Assembly: GCA_035351535.1 (NCBI GenBank)
Contig: DAOPWJ010000028.1
Span: 1-64,000, forward strand
Source: Polyangiaceae bacterium
GTDB lineage: Bacteria; Myxococcota_A; Polyangia; Polyangiales; Polyangiaceae
Direction of reading: 5' to 3'
Length of the DNA: 64,000 bases
In this document: positions 9,887 through 19,122 of the stretch, in pieces
Position numbering within the stretch: position 1 is the first letter of the stretch
Layout: every line of letters begins with the position of its first letter
The notes under the pieces: model-generated
What the model saw: the letters and a program-made list of their open reading frames with translations, nothing else
Told to the model about the DNA's origin: nothing
Database searches by the model: none
Program-made: the position numbers and the translations under genes

Positions 9887-10794
9887 AATGCGACGCTGCC
9901 TTTCTCATTCTCGACCATGCCGTCGCACGCGCCGAAGGGGCGCCCACCACCGCCCCCAACCTCCGCGTCACACCAGATTTTCCACTCGCTACACGCACCG
10001 CTCCTCAACAAGTGCGCCTCAGACTCGACCGCACGCTCATGGCCCCCGACCCGGAAAGCGGCCTCGATGCTCTGCTCGATTACGGTGTGCTCGACGCCCT
10101 GCTTCCGGAAGTCTCTGCCTTGGTCGGATTCGGGGATGGCGAATGGCGTCATAAAGACGTTTGGAAACATACGAAACAAGTCGTTCGACAAGCAGAAGCT
10201 CGCCTGTCCGTGCGCTGGGCTGCCCTTTTGCACGATGTGGGGAAAGTCAAAACACGAAGCATCAGCGCCGACGGCCAAGTTCATTTCTTTGGGCATGCGG
10301 AGTTGGGCGCACGCATGTTCGACCGCATTGGAAAACGATTGGGATTTTTTGAGCCCCCCCTGCACCGAAGCATCCGCTTTCTCATCTTGCACCACCTTCG
10401 CGCCAACCAATACGAAAAGGATTGGACCGATAGCGCGGTGCGCAGATTCGCACGGGAAATCGGCGCCGAACTCGATGACCTGTTGTGCCTCTCGCGCGCT
10501 GATATCACCACCAAACGCCCGGAGAAAAAACGCCGCGGGCTGCAGCAGATCGCAGAACTTTCTGAACGAATTCGCGAACTTGCCGTTCTCGACGCCCGCG
10601 TGCCTCCCCTGCCCTCCGGCGTCGGCAACGAAATCATGGACGCCTTCGGCATCCCCCCTTCACGCCTCATCGGCCAAATCAAACAAGCCCTGGAACAAGC
10701 CATCGAAGAAGGCGAACTGCCGGGTCACGAACCCTCCGCCTTCTACGTCGCCTTCCTCAAAGAAAACCGAACCCGATTCGGCCTGCCCGAATGA
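9865..10794 (+). CDS. HD-domain protein resembling the C-terminal HD/tRNA-binding part of CCA-adding/poly(A) polymerase enzymes; no nucleotidyltransferase head
   Basis: HKDVWKHT...LLHDVGK HD motif. The downstream helical region resembles the class II CCA enzyme body. No GGxVRD nucleotidyltransferase motif. Start uncertain. Confidence 0.65.
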   Translation: MNEAIAAQCDAAFLILDHAVARAEGAPTTAPNLRVTPDFPLATRTAPQQVRLRLDRTLMAPDPESGLDALLDYGVLDALLPEVSALVGFGDGEWRHKDVWKHTKQVVRQAEARLSVRWAALLHDVGKVKTRSISADGQVHFFGHAELGARMFDRIGKRLGFFEPPLHRSIRFLILHHLRANQYEKDWTDSAVRRFAREIGAELDDLLCLSRADITTKRPEKKRRGLQQIAELSERIRELAVLDARVPPLPSGVGNEIMDAFGIPPSRLIGQIKQALEQAIEEGELPGHEPSAFYVAFLKENRTRFGLPE

Positions 10795-10803
10795 CCCGAC
10801 GCA

Positions 10804-11379
10804 TCATTCCGTCACGGTTATCGTGATCTCATCCCAAGCGCGTTCCCGATGCTGCTGGTCGTAGCCCACGAGCCGAAGCGAATGAAAACCAGGCTCTGAA
10901 ATCCACAAACGCCCCGACTTCGTCAACACAGGCTCCCACAACTCCGTCAAAGGAATCGAATCCGAAAAAATTTGTACGTAATCCACGTGACGAGCGCCAA
11001 TCTCGAAAAAGAGGGGATTCGATAGCGCCGCCCCCTCCGACGGTTGGATGAAAAACACTTTGCTTTCCAAGGGTTCCATCGTGGAGGGCATGGCATCCTC
11101 CGCGTCGGCTTCCCCCTCGACAACACCCCCCTCCTGCCTTTCTTGGGCTTCCTCCTCGCCTCGCCCCGCATCCTGGAACGGCCATGGGGATGACGGCGCT
11201 TCCGCTTCGACCGAGTCTTGAGAAGGCTGCGGTTCAGAAGCCGTGGCCGCCTCAGAGGAAGGTTCATCAGTCATTTCAGGTTGATGACCGTCCGGAAATG
11301 AAACGAAAACCGGATCCGAACATCCCAAACCCAAGATCAACAACCCGCCTAGCACCATGGGGATAATCATCTTGCCCAT
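10804..11379 (-). CDS. Acidic low-complexity lipoprotein (hypothetical)
   Basis: MGKMIIPMVLGGLLILGLGCS lipobox. Glu/Asp/Ser/Pro-rich mature region. Confidence 0.45.
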   Translation of the reverse strand: MGKMIIPMVLGGLLILGLGCSDPVFVSFPDGHQPEMTDEPSSEAATASEPQPSQDSVEAEAPSSPWPFQDAGRGEEEAQERQEGGVVEGEADAEDAMPSTMEPLESKVFFIQPSEGAALSNPLFFEIGARHVDYVQIFSDSIPLTELWEPVLTKSGRLWISEPGFHSLRLVGYDQQHRERAWDEITITVTE

Positions 11380-11529
11380 GCCCAAGGAACTACAGCACAT
11401 ATACCTATATTGCCAGATATAAAAATACGATTAGCTACATTGTAGCAATACTGCGTTTGTCCGCTATGTTCAAACACCCCCGTGGCAAAGGACACCATTT
11501 CCTCGCCTCCCCGCCTGAAAAAGGCATTG

Positions 11530-12132
11530 TCATGGGGGGCGAAGTTCCACCTTTTTGACCACCATCACCTCGCAGGAACCAGCCCCCGAGTCCTGCCGTG
11601 ATAGCGACGAGCGCCATCTCCACCCGTCGCTCCCCCGAATTTCCACAAGATAGCCTTCGAGACGCACGATATCGTGTCTGCACACGGCTGCCAGCGCGGA
11701 TTTCACGTCCCCATTGGCGGGAATAACGTGCATATTGCCGCTGTGCCGAATAATTTCATCCACGGGGATCGGAGGTCCTTTGGCGTCCCAACGATAATGA
11801 TACCAACGGCCATATTGCTCGATTTCCAGTTTTCCATAGATGGCTGAATCGCTCATCGCCCCCCAGCCAAGCGCCAGGTCGTAGGGTGCCAATTCCGATT
11901 CACGACCAAACCAATAGCGCTCCTTACCAAGCACCCGCGCTTCGAGCTTCAGGGTCGCAAGCGCTTCGAACTCGTAATCTCCCAACTTTTCCATCTTGGG
12001 AGCCGGTAACGAAACCTGCACCGGATCGTTGGGCGCTTGCACGCCCGGCTCGGGAAGGCCGCCTTCACAGGCCATCGCGGCCAATCCAGCCGAAATAAGC
12101 CATCCGCCCGCCACGCAATCGCTGGTTCGCAT
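11530..12132 (-). CDS. Hypothetical lipoprotein
   Basis: Signal/lipobox (LAAMAC). Coding-like codon usage. No recognisable domain. Confidence 0.4.
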   Translation of the reverse strand: MRTSDCVAGGWLISAGLAAMACEGGLPEPGVQAPNDPVQVSLPAPKMEKLGDYEFEALATLKLEARVLGKERYWFGRESELAPYDLALGWGAMSDSAIYGKLEIEQYGRWYHYRWDAKGPPIPVDEIIRHSGNMHVIPANGDVKSALAAVCRHDIVRLEGYLVEIRGSDGWRWRSSLSRQDSGAGSCEVMVVKKVELRPP

Positions 12133-12161
12133 GCCATGGCCCGATCGAATTCGCCTGCCGG

Positions 12162-12662
12162 CTATTCACCCATCGCAGGACCGCTGGCTTCCCAATTCTC
12201 TGCCGACGTCGTCACCACCGCTGTCGTCCTGCGGTATTCCTTGTCGATGGGTCGCCCATAACACGGCAACGGATCGGAGCTTTCTGGGCTCTTTTCCGGG
12301 GTTGGGCTCTCTTTCGACAGCCCGGCTTCGCCCACAGAACGCACGATGATATAAGAAGGAATGGCCTGATCGGTGGGAAACCACCATGGATTCCAAACCG
12401 GGTCTTGCGCTTGTTTCAGCAACTGTACGGAAAGAATATCCACCCAAACTTCACTGACATTCAACGCGTTGACTTGCGCCAAAATATCTTCGAGGTCCCT
12501 ATCGAGGCATAAACAAGCTTGACGAACCGCATCATCGGCGTGTTGCGCTTGAACCACTTTCGCAGCGGGAAATGTCGCTCGATACGGCATGCAACTGATC
12601 CGTGTGTAACGCAAAACCAGCTCGACTCTGAAGTACCGAACGTTTTCGGGCTGATGCTTCAC
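12162..12662 (-). CDS. Hypothetical protein
   Basis: ORF in the same orientation as, and 3 bp from, fxsA. GC3-rich. No recognisable domain. Confidence 0.35.
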   Translation of the reverse strand: MKHQPENVRYFRVELVLRYTRISCMPYRATFPAAKVVQAQHADDAVRQACLCLDRDLEDILAQVNALNVSEVWVDILSVQLLKQAQDPVWNPWWFPTDQAIPSYIIVRSVGEAGLSKESPTPEKSPESSDPLPCYGRPIDKEYRRTTAVVTTSAENWEASGPAMGE

Positions 12663-13222
12663 GGTTCTTCGTCCTCCCGGATACTGTCGTCCGAACTACC
12701 CGGACCCAACAGCAATCCTTCTTGAATTTCGACACCTTCCGTATCCACGACCTCGCCATGCCCGCTTTTTGAAAAAAACTCCGCCGCGCCAGGCATCCAG
12801 CCGTGCTGTTCGGGGGCTTGTTCCCATCCTTGCGGATCGAGGGCAACGACCTGCATGACGCCTTGTCGAGCTTTTTTCTCCATGACCGCGCGCAGACGCT
12901 CTGCAACCATGCACCGAAAACGCGGAACGAGCAAAAGAAGACCGAAAAGGTCCGTCAAAAAACCCGGAAGAAGCAAGAAAACCCCGGCTGCGAGAATGAG
13001 AAATCCGCTCAGAATACCATCGCTCGGGAGCTGACCTTCGGATAACGACTGCCGCACCAGGCTCCAGACCCGAATTCCCCCCCGCTTGACCAGCACGCCA
13101 CCCAGCACGCCGGTGACGAGCATGAGGCCCAAGGTTTTCCAGACGCCAATCCACGATCCAACTGCCGACAGCACGAATACTTCGAGGACAAAAGCCAGCA
13201 GCAGAAAGGCAAAATAGCGCAC
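12659..13222 (-). CDS. fxsA: FxsA family inner-membrane protein
   Basis: N-terminus MRYFAFLLLAFVLEVFVLSAVGSWIGVWKTLGLMLVTGVLG matches the conserved FxsA signature (…E…IGxW.T…). Acidic C-terminal tail. Confidence 0.8.
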   Translation of the reverse strand: MRYFAFLLLAFVLEVFVLSAVGSWIGVWKTLGLMLVTGVLGGVLVKRGGIRVWSLVRQSLSEGQLPSDGILSGFLILAAGVFLLLPGFLTDLFGLLLLVPRFRCMVAERLRAVMEKKARQGVMQVVALDPQGWEQAPEQHGWMPGAAEFFSKSGHGEVVDTEGVEIQEGLLLGPGSSDDSIREDEEP

Positions 13223-13406
13223 GCCCCTACCCTAGCCACGACAAGGTCGAGTTCCAAAGTAGAACGACACCAGGGGGGAGAAGATTTTCGTTTCGCTTAT
13301 AAGTAATTATATTTATTGTGCTTTTTGGGGTTCTTCGAAGTCGATCCCCCCGCGAATCCCACGGCTATCCCCCAACCGCCCGTCGACCACGAGCCGCCGA
13401 AATCCA

Positions 13407-14957
13407 TCAGTCGGGTGAAGAGACCGCGGTCGGATCACGCTGGAAATAGCTCACGAAGGCCATGATTTCCCGAAAGACGTCCTGGGCTTCCATGTCTTGC
13501 ATCATCTCGTGACCGCTATGTTCGAACCAAACCATTTCCCGAATCGGTGAACTGACTTTTTCGTAAATGATATTGGCCGATTCCGGCGCAATGATTTGAT
13601 CCTTTTTCGACTGGAGAATGCGGATGGGGACATGGACTTCCGGCAAACGCTCGGCAATTCGCCGCGAATAATCGTAAAGGGAAGCGAAAGAGTCCGTGGC
13701 GAACATCGGATAGTTGGTGCAACGCTTCGCCAAGGTCGGGTCGTTGAAAGACTCGGGCGACGGCCAGTACCGGACCCCTTTGGAAAGCAGAGACGTAAAC
13801 ATGGCGAGCGGGTCTTTGAACTTGAGCGCCGCCGCCACCGTGACCAAACCCGCGATTTTGTCGGGATGACGCATGGCAAGCTCGAGCCCCACCAATCCTC
13901 CCATGCTCAGACCGACCACCACCACCCGATCCACGCGATTCCACAATTGAAGAAGCGCGCGGTCCGCATCCACATACCAGTCCCGCGCCGTGACCCCCCG
14001 CATGTCCTGATACCGCGTGCCGTGACCGCGCAGAATCGGCCGCTCATAGTCGATCCCCTGCTTTTCGAGAAATGGTAGCAGCCCATCGACCGTGTCCGTC
14101 GAGGACGTGAATCCATGCAATAGCAGCACACCAACCTTTTCGTAGGCGGGCGGCGCGGGAATGGGCACCTCGATGGGAGCGTAATTGCTGCGGTGATCGA
14201 CGAGTTCGGAGATGCGACGCATCAACTCATCGGTGAGTTCCCTCAGCACTTCCTTATCGACTTCTTGGCCGTGGTATTGGGAATAATCGATGGGCTCGCC
14301 GAACCGAATACGGATAGGAGAGGCGCCAGGCATGCGCAAAACCTCGAGCCGTGGATAGATTTCCGGAGGAAGCGCCCGCCCCGTGCCCGACACCCCCACC
14401 GGGACAATGGGAACACCTGCGCTGATGGCCAGTCGCACCGCGCCCGTCTTGCCCCTTAGCAAACCCGTCGACCGATCGACTGCACGACGCGGTATGTCTT
14501 CTTCTCCGGGGATCGTCCCTTCTGGGTAAATGGCCACCACCTTGCCCGAGCGAAGCGCTTCCTCAATATTATGCAGCGCTTCCGCATCGCCTCCACGGTT
14601 GACAAAGACGGATTCGGATAGCTCGATGAGATGACGCAACACCGGCCAGCTCTTGAACTCCATCTTCGCTACAAAATGAACACGACGCGGGCAAGAAGCC
14701 GTCAATACTTGAACATCCAGCCAGCTCTGGTGGTTCGATGCCATGACCAATCCACCGCTCGCCGGAACGTTTTCGGCTCCCTCGATGGCCAATTCATTGA
14801 GCCACTCAAACTGCGTGCGCATCATCCCGCCGAACGTGTTGTACGCAGCACTGGAAATACGGTCGAATACCTCGCGCTGCCGAATCGTCTGAAGCAGGCG
14901 GTCGAGTACCCAATCGGCTGGAGTCAAGACGGCGTTCGCAATCTTCTGTCGATTCAT
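13407..14957 (-). CDS. Fusion protein: PlsC-type lysophospholipid acyltransferase (N) + alpha/beta-hydrolase esterase/lipase (C)
   Basis: NHQSWLDVQVL (HX4D-type block), FVAKMEF and YPEGTIPG acyltransferase motifs. Then LLLHGFTSS...GLSMGGLVG (GxSxG nucleophile elbow) and the HSGHE catalytic histidine region. Confidence 0.8.
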   Translation of the reverse strand: MNRQKIANAVLTPADWVLDRLLQTIRQREVFDRISSAAYNTFGGMMRTQFEWLNELAIEGAENVPASGGLVMASNHQSWLDVQVLTASCPRRVHFVAKMEFKSWPVLRHLIELSESVFVNRGGDAEALHNIEEALRSGKVVAIYPEGTIPGEEDIPRRAVDRSTGLLRGKTGAVRLAISAGVPIVPVGVSGTGRALPPEIYPRLEVLRMPGASPIRIRFGEPIDYSQYHGQEVDKEVLRELTDELMRRISELVDHRSNYAPIEVPIPAPPAYEKVGVLLLHGFTSSTDTVDGLLPFLEKQGIDYERPILRGHGTRYQDMRGVTARDWYVDADRALLQLWNRVDRVVVVGLSMGGLVGLELAMRHPDKIAGLVTVAAALKFKDPLAMFTSLLSKGVRYWPSPESFNDPTLAKRCTNYPMFATDSFASLYDYSRRIAERLPEVHVPIRILQSKKDQIIAPESANIIYEKVSSPIREMVWFEHSGHEMMQDMEAQDVFREIMAFVSYFQRDPTAVSSPD

Positions 14958-15204
14958 TCCTTAAACCTCGAAATGGGGGCAGATTGCCGCAATCAACGCG
15001 GCGCGTTATCCATAGCATGAACTCGACCCGACGCGTCATCGATTTTTCCACCGAAAGCGTGATGAGCCTTCGTGAAAATAAGGCATTCGAGAACGATAGG
15101 GCGCCGCCCGCCTCGCTCGTATCCGCGTTGAAGTTCTTGCCCAACCCCCCCATGCTGAGGCAAGCCGAGGTAGAGCCCGTCGAACCCGCGCAAACGGATA
15201 GGCA

Positions 15205-16164
15205 ATGATCTTCGAGGACCAGAACGAACTCAAGGCCCGTATCGAACAAGTCACGCCGCGACGAGCCGCCAAGACCGTGGTCGTACATACGGATACCACG
15301 GCCTATATGGGAATCGAAGGCGGTCATGTCCTTCGCCTGCAAGGCAACGATTACTTCGTGCTCGGCGATGCCCAGGAAGGACGCTTCGGTATCGATGATC
15401 AGCCGAAATTTTGGGTCAAATACGCCGTGGACCTCACCACCGCCGAGCACAAAATCATCAAACTCGTCTTCCACGAACAGTTTTCCACCAACGTCGGCAT
15501 GGTGCGCGTTCGCTGCATCCGAAGCCCCCAAAAAGAATCGCGAGTGCTCGACCTCGTGTCCGGCCACGACCGATTCATGCAAGGCAAAACCGTCGTCGAC
15601 CCCGCAGGAAATCCCGTCCGAATCGTCGACTTCATCCGAGGAAAAAGCCTATACGCGGTCCTCGAAGCTTCCGATATGCCCCATGAACGTTATTGGAACG
15701 AAGTGCTGCCAGGCATCATGCAGCAGTTGCTCACATGCATGGAAGCCATGGCTTGGCTGCATAGCATGGGCGAACATCACGGCGATATTCGCAACGACCA
15801 TATCCTCATCGAACGCGAAACCGGACGCTTCACATGGATCGACTTCGATTATGAGGTGAACTTCTCCGACTACGATGTGTGGAGCATGGGCAATGTGCTT
15901 ACGTATGTGGTGGGGCAAGGCATGCATACGTTTTCACAAGTGCAAAAAAGCCCAGCTTCCTATCCTTACGCCCAGCCGCTGCAAGAAGAAGACGCCCTCG
16001 TCTTGTACAAGCATCGAATTGCCAATTTGCGCAAGCTCTTCCCTTATATCCCCATCGAACTCAACGAGATACTAATGCGCTTTTCCCTTGGCACCACCGA
16101 GCCCTACGAGGATCTCGATAGCCAGGTACGCGACTTGCGATCGATCTTCGGTCGTCTGTGCTGA
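15205..16164 (+). CDS. Protein-kinase-like fold phosphotransferase (APH/ChoK-like atypical kinase)
   Basis: HGDIRNDHILIE (Brenner HGDxxxxN catalytic loop) followed by WIDFDYE (D-x-D/E metal-binding). No canonical GxGxxG glycine loop. Confidence 0.65.
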   Translation: MIFEDQNELKARIEQVTPRRAAKTVVVHTDTTAYMGIEGGHVLRLQGNDYFVLGDAQEGRFGIDDQPKFWVKYAVDLTTAEHKIIKLVFHEQFSTNVGMVRVRCIRSPQKESRVLDLVSGHDRFMQGKTVVDPAGNPVRIVDFIRGKSLYAVLEASDMPHERYWNEVLPGIMQQLLTCMEAMAWLHSMGEHHGDIRNDHILIERETGRFTWIDFDYEVNFSDYDVWSMGNVLTYVVGQGMHTFSQVQKSPASYPYAQPLQEEDALVLYKHRIANLRKLFPYIPIELNEILMRFSLGTTEPYEDLDSQVRDLRSIFGRLC

Positions 16165-16269
16165 AGTGATTCTCACGAACCGAGAGGGACAGATGGCCAT
16201 CAGCATGGGGCAAACGAGTTATGCGTCATGTTCCGAATTCGGGCTGGGGCTCGGACGCTCTGCAACGAA

Positions 16270-17061
16270 TCACATTGGGCTGTCGCGTTTGACGACCAGC
16301 AAGGGCAATTCTTCCGCCAACGCCGAAGGCAAGACCCGCAGGAGCCACGTCTCGGGCCCCAGGCTTGTCGCATCATGAAACGCCTGTTCGTTGACCGCCA
16401 CGACTTGTCCGCTCAGCGGCATCGCCACGCCGTGGGCATCGCCCTCTTCATTCGATAGCACCAGCCCCACGAATCCCTGCTCGATCAACTCGATTTCCTG
16501 CGGTGGGGTGATGGCCAAAATGGCCCCCGTGGCTTTCAGAAAGCTCTCTTCCACACCCACCGCGAAGGTACCTTCTTGTTCGTAACGGGCCCAGGAGTGG
16601 TGCGGAAGAAAAACGGTCATTCCGGGCACGAGAGATTGAGGATGCACCACGCCTTCGCTCTCGTGAATGGCTTGATCCTCGATGCGCAACGCCCGTTTGA
16701 CCGGACTCAATAGTTCTTTTCGCGTGAAAGGCTTGGCCACGTAATCGACCGCACCCAGTCGCATGGCCTGGACGGCAGTGCGTATGGTCGGATAGCCCGT
16801 CACCATTAGAACAGGGGTCGTATTGCCCCGCGCACGCAGCTCTTGAAGCAACTCGATGCCGTTCATCTGCGGCATCATCAGGTCCGTGATGATCAAGTCG
16901 AACGAGTCGGTTTGGAGCCGCGCAAGACCTTCCCGAGCCGATAAGACTCCGTCCACCCCAAAGCCCAGACGAGACAAGACCTTCCTCATGCTCGCATGGA
17001 CGACGTCCTCGTCATCGATGACCAAAACCCTGCGGTTGGCAGCGTCGTGATTTTGGGTCAT
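16270..17061 (-). CDS. Response regulator: receiver domain fused to a GcvH-like (glycine-cleavage H / lipoyl-type) domain lacking the lipoyl-lysine
   Basis: Receiver motifs (VLVIDDE...DLIITDLMMP...VLMVTGY...VDYVAKPF). C-terminus aligns to GcvH (HSWARYE…VGVEESF…LSGQVVAVNE…ETWLLRV), but the VESVKA lipoylation site is replaced by VLSNEEG. The ATG overlaps the stop of the upstream histidine kinase (ATGA). Confidence 0.8.
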   Translation of the reverse strand: MTQNHDAANRRVLVIDDEDVVHASMRKVLSRLGFGVDGVLSAREGLARLQTDSFDLIITDLMMPQMNGIELLQELRARGNTTPVLMVTGYPTIRTAVQAMRLGAVDYVAKPFTRKELLSPVKRALRIEDQAIHESEGVVHPQSLVPGMTVFLPHHSWARYEQEGTFAVGVEESFLKATGAILAITPPQEIELIEQGFVGLVLSNEEGDAHGVAMPLSGQVVAVNEQAFHDATSLGPETWLLRVLPSALAEELPLLVVKRDSPM

Positions 17062-18944
17062 GAATAGCTCCCCTCGTGTTTCCTGGCTTCTTCCGTGGAA
17101 GAACCCCGTCTTCCCTCCCCGGCAGCGGGAAGGACGACACGAAATACAGTACCTTTTCCCATCGTGGATTGCACGGTGATGCGTCCGGCGTGTTGATCGA
17201 CGATGCTTCTGACGGCTGCAAGGCCCAAGCCGTTTCCCTGGGCTCCTTTGGTGGTAAAAAACGGCTCGAATACCCGTGCCCAATGCTCTTCGGGGATGCC
17301 CACACCCTCGTCTTTGACATCCAATACCACCATTCCTGCTTCATCGACCCCTACCCAGCAGTCGATGGCCCCTTTTCCTCCCATCGCATCGCGCGCGTTG
17401 ATGATGAGGTTGAGAATCGCTTGTTGAAGCTGGTTCGCATCCGCGAGCACTTCTGGCGTGTTGGGCTCGACATGCACACGAAAGACGATGTCGTGAAAAG
17501 ACGCTTGTTTTTCCACGAGCTTGAGCGCTTGGCGCAAGACGGATTCAGGACGAAGACGCTGTCGATCGGGTTTGGTTTGACGAGAAAAATCGAGCAAATC
17601 CCGTACGATTTGCCGACAACGCAGCGTCTCGCGAACCACGAAATCCAGGTCTTCCCGCGCGGTGGAATCAGGCTCCGCATCGTCGCGCAATTCCTCCGCG
17701 AACGTGAGAATCCCCGTCAGAGGATTGTTGATTTCATGGGCTACACCCGCCGCAAGCTTGCCCACGGCCGCATGTTTTTCCGTCAGCAATAGCTCGTGCT
17801 GCAAGCGTCGCGAATCGGTAACGTCCCGCGACACATTGCAGATCGCCACGATCTCGTTTTTGTAATCGCGCAGCAAAATCCGCTCCGAAATCAGGATTTT
17901 CTCCACACCCCCAAGAACCAACACTTCCTCATCACTGCGATGCCCCCCACTTCGCACGATGGCCGCATCGTTGCGTTCCATGACACTCGCAATGGCCGGA
18001 GAAAAAAGCTGTCGCGCCGTTTTGCCCAAAAATGCTTCGGTGGGAATGCCAAAAAAACGAGAGGCACTCGGATTCGCCAATTGATACCGGCCATCCAACC
18101 CCTTGATGGTGATGATGCCTCGCACGGTCGCCATGATTTGATCGAAACGATGAGCCGCTTCCTTCGTTTCCCGCGTGAGCAAGATCTGCTCGGTGACCTC
18201 TCGGGAGGTGATGACCACCCGTCGCTTTCCCGAAGGCGAACCGATGGGATTCGCGGTCACCTCGTAATACGCCTCCCGATCGCCGTTATGCGCGCCAATG
18301 CATGCATGCTGGCGAATGACAGTCAGCGGTTCACCGCTGGCAAGTACCTGAATTCGCGGACAATCCGGCACCACCACGCCGCGAGAACAATCCTCGTGCG
18401 GACAACAAACCGCCGCACAATACTGCCCCTGGATTTGCCCGTGATGAAGCGAGGTCAACGTTTCGAAACGACGATTGACGCGCTCGATACGGCCCTGCTC
18501 ATCGACCACCATGACGGCATCCGGCAAAGAATCGAGAATGTCCTGCAAGTTGCGACGATCCTGCTGGATTTCTGCTTCCAGCTTGGTTTTCTCATCGAGT
18601 TGACCGCGAAGGTTCTGGGCCACTTCGTCGAGATCCCAAAACACGCGAGCCATGGTGTGATCCATTACGCGCACACCGGCGGGAGCCCGACGCACGATCT
18701 CGTCGCGAACGATATCGATGCCAGTAACCTCGATGATCAATTCGAGGTCGGGCAATCGGATGGCTTCGGCCAGATCGGTAAAGGTTCGCCATCCATTTTC
18801 GCGAGCCAAAACCATGGCCGGCGCATCGGGGTCCAGGTCGACAACGCCAAGGATTTGCAGGCTGAGTGTAGCCAGCCGGCGCTGGATCACGAGTTCCAGC
18901 ACAGCGCGACAGCCTCGTCCGCCACCGACGAATACCGTTCTCAT
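17058..18944 (-). CDS. Sensor histidine kinase with N-terminal Rossmann-like domain, PAS domains, HisKA and HATPase_c
   Basis: H-box HELLLTEKHAAVGKLAAGVAHEINNPL. N, G1 and G2 boxes (NLIINARDAM, DEGVGIP, GNGLGLA). PAS-like segments in the middle. N-terminal RTVFVGGGRGCRAV beta-GxGxxG. Confidence 0.85.
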   Translation of the reverse strand: MRTVFVGGGRGCRAVLELVIQRRLATLSLQILGVVDLDPDAPAMVLARENGWRTFTDLAEAIRLPDLELIIEVTGIDIVRDEIVRRAPAGVRVMDHTMARVFWDLDEVAQNLRGQLDEKTKLEAEIQQDRRNLQDILDSLPDAVMVVDEQGRIERVNRRFETLTSLHHGQIQGQYCAAVCCPHEDCSRGVVVPDCPRIQVLASGEPLTVIRQHACIGAHNGDREAYYEVTANPIGSPSGKRRVVITSREVTEQILLTRETKEAAHRFDQIMATVRGIITIKGLDGRYQLANPSASRFFGIPTEAFLGKTARQLFSPAIASVMERNDAAIVRSGGHRSDEEVLVLGGVEKILISERILLRDYKNEIVAICNVSRDVTDSRRLQHELLLTEKHAAVGKLAAGVAHEINNPLTGILTFAEELRDDAEPDSTAREDLDFVVRETLRCRQIVRDLLDFSRQTKPDRQRLRPESVLRQALKLVEKQASFHDIVFRVHVEPNTPEVLADANQLQQAILNLIINARDAMGGKGAIDCWVGVDEAGMVVLDVKDEGVGIPEEHWARVFEPFFTTKGAQGNGLGLAAVRSIVDQHAGRITVQSTMGKGTVFRVVLPAAGEGRRGSSTEEARKHEGSYS

Positions 18945-19122
18945 CGTCTGGACTCCGTGTTGTTAGGGGGCTTAGACAAGGGTAACACGAAGGCCGCGGA
19001 TGGGAGCCGCGGAACTCGTGGCGCATGAGTCAGGGCGAAAACATGGCTTGTTGCCACCTGCTCGCGACCATGGCGATACGACTTCGAAAATTGCTTCGAT
19101 AGGGCCGAGGCCGCTGGGGGAT

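Noticed and set aside
9878-10864. 328-aa alternative-frame ORF over the HD-domain gene
   Set aside because: Pro/Ser/Ala-rich nonsense translation. The +0 frame carries the HD motif.
14806-15582. 258-aa ORF on the minus strand overlapping the atypical kinase gene
   Set aside because: It lies antisense to a gene with clear HGD/DFD kinase-like motifs, has no motifs of its own, and is a typical GC-rich shadow ORF.
17796-19028. 410-aa plus-strand ORF across the histidine kinase gene
   Set aside because: Antisense to a gene with H, N, G1 and G2 boxes. Arg/His-rich junk translation.
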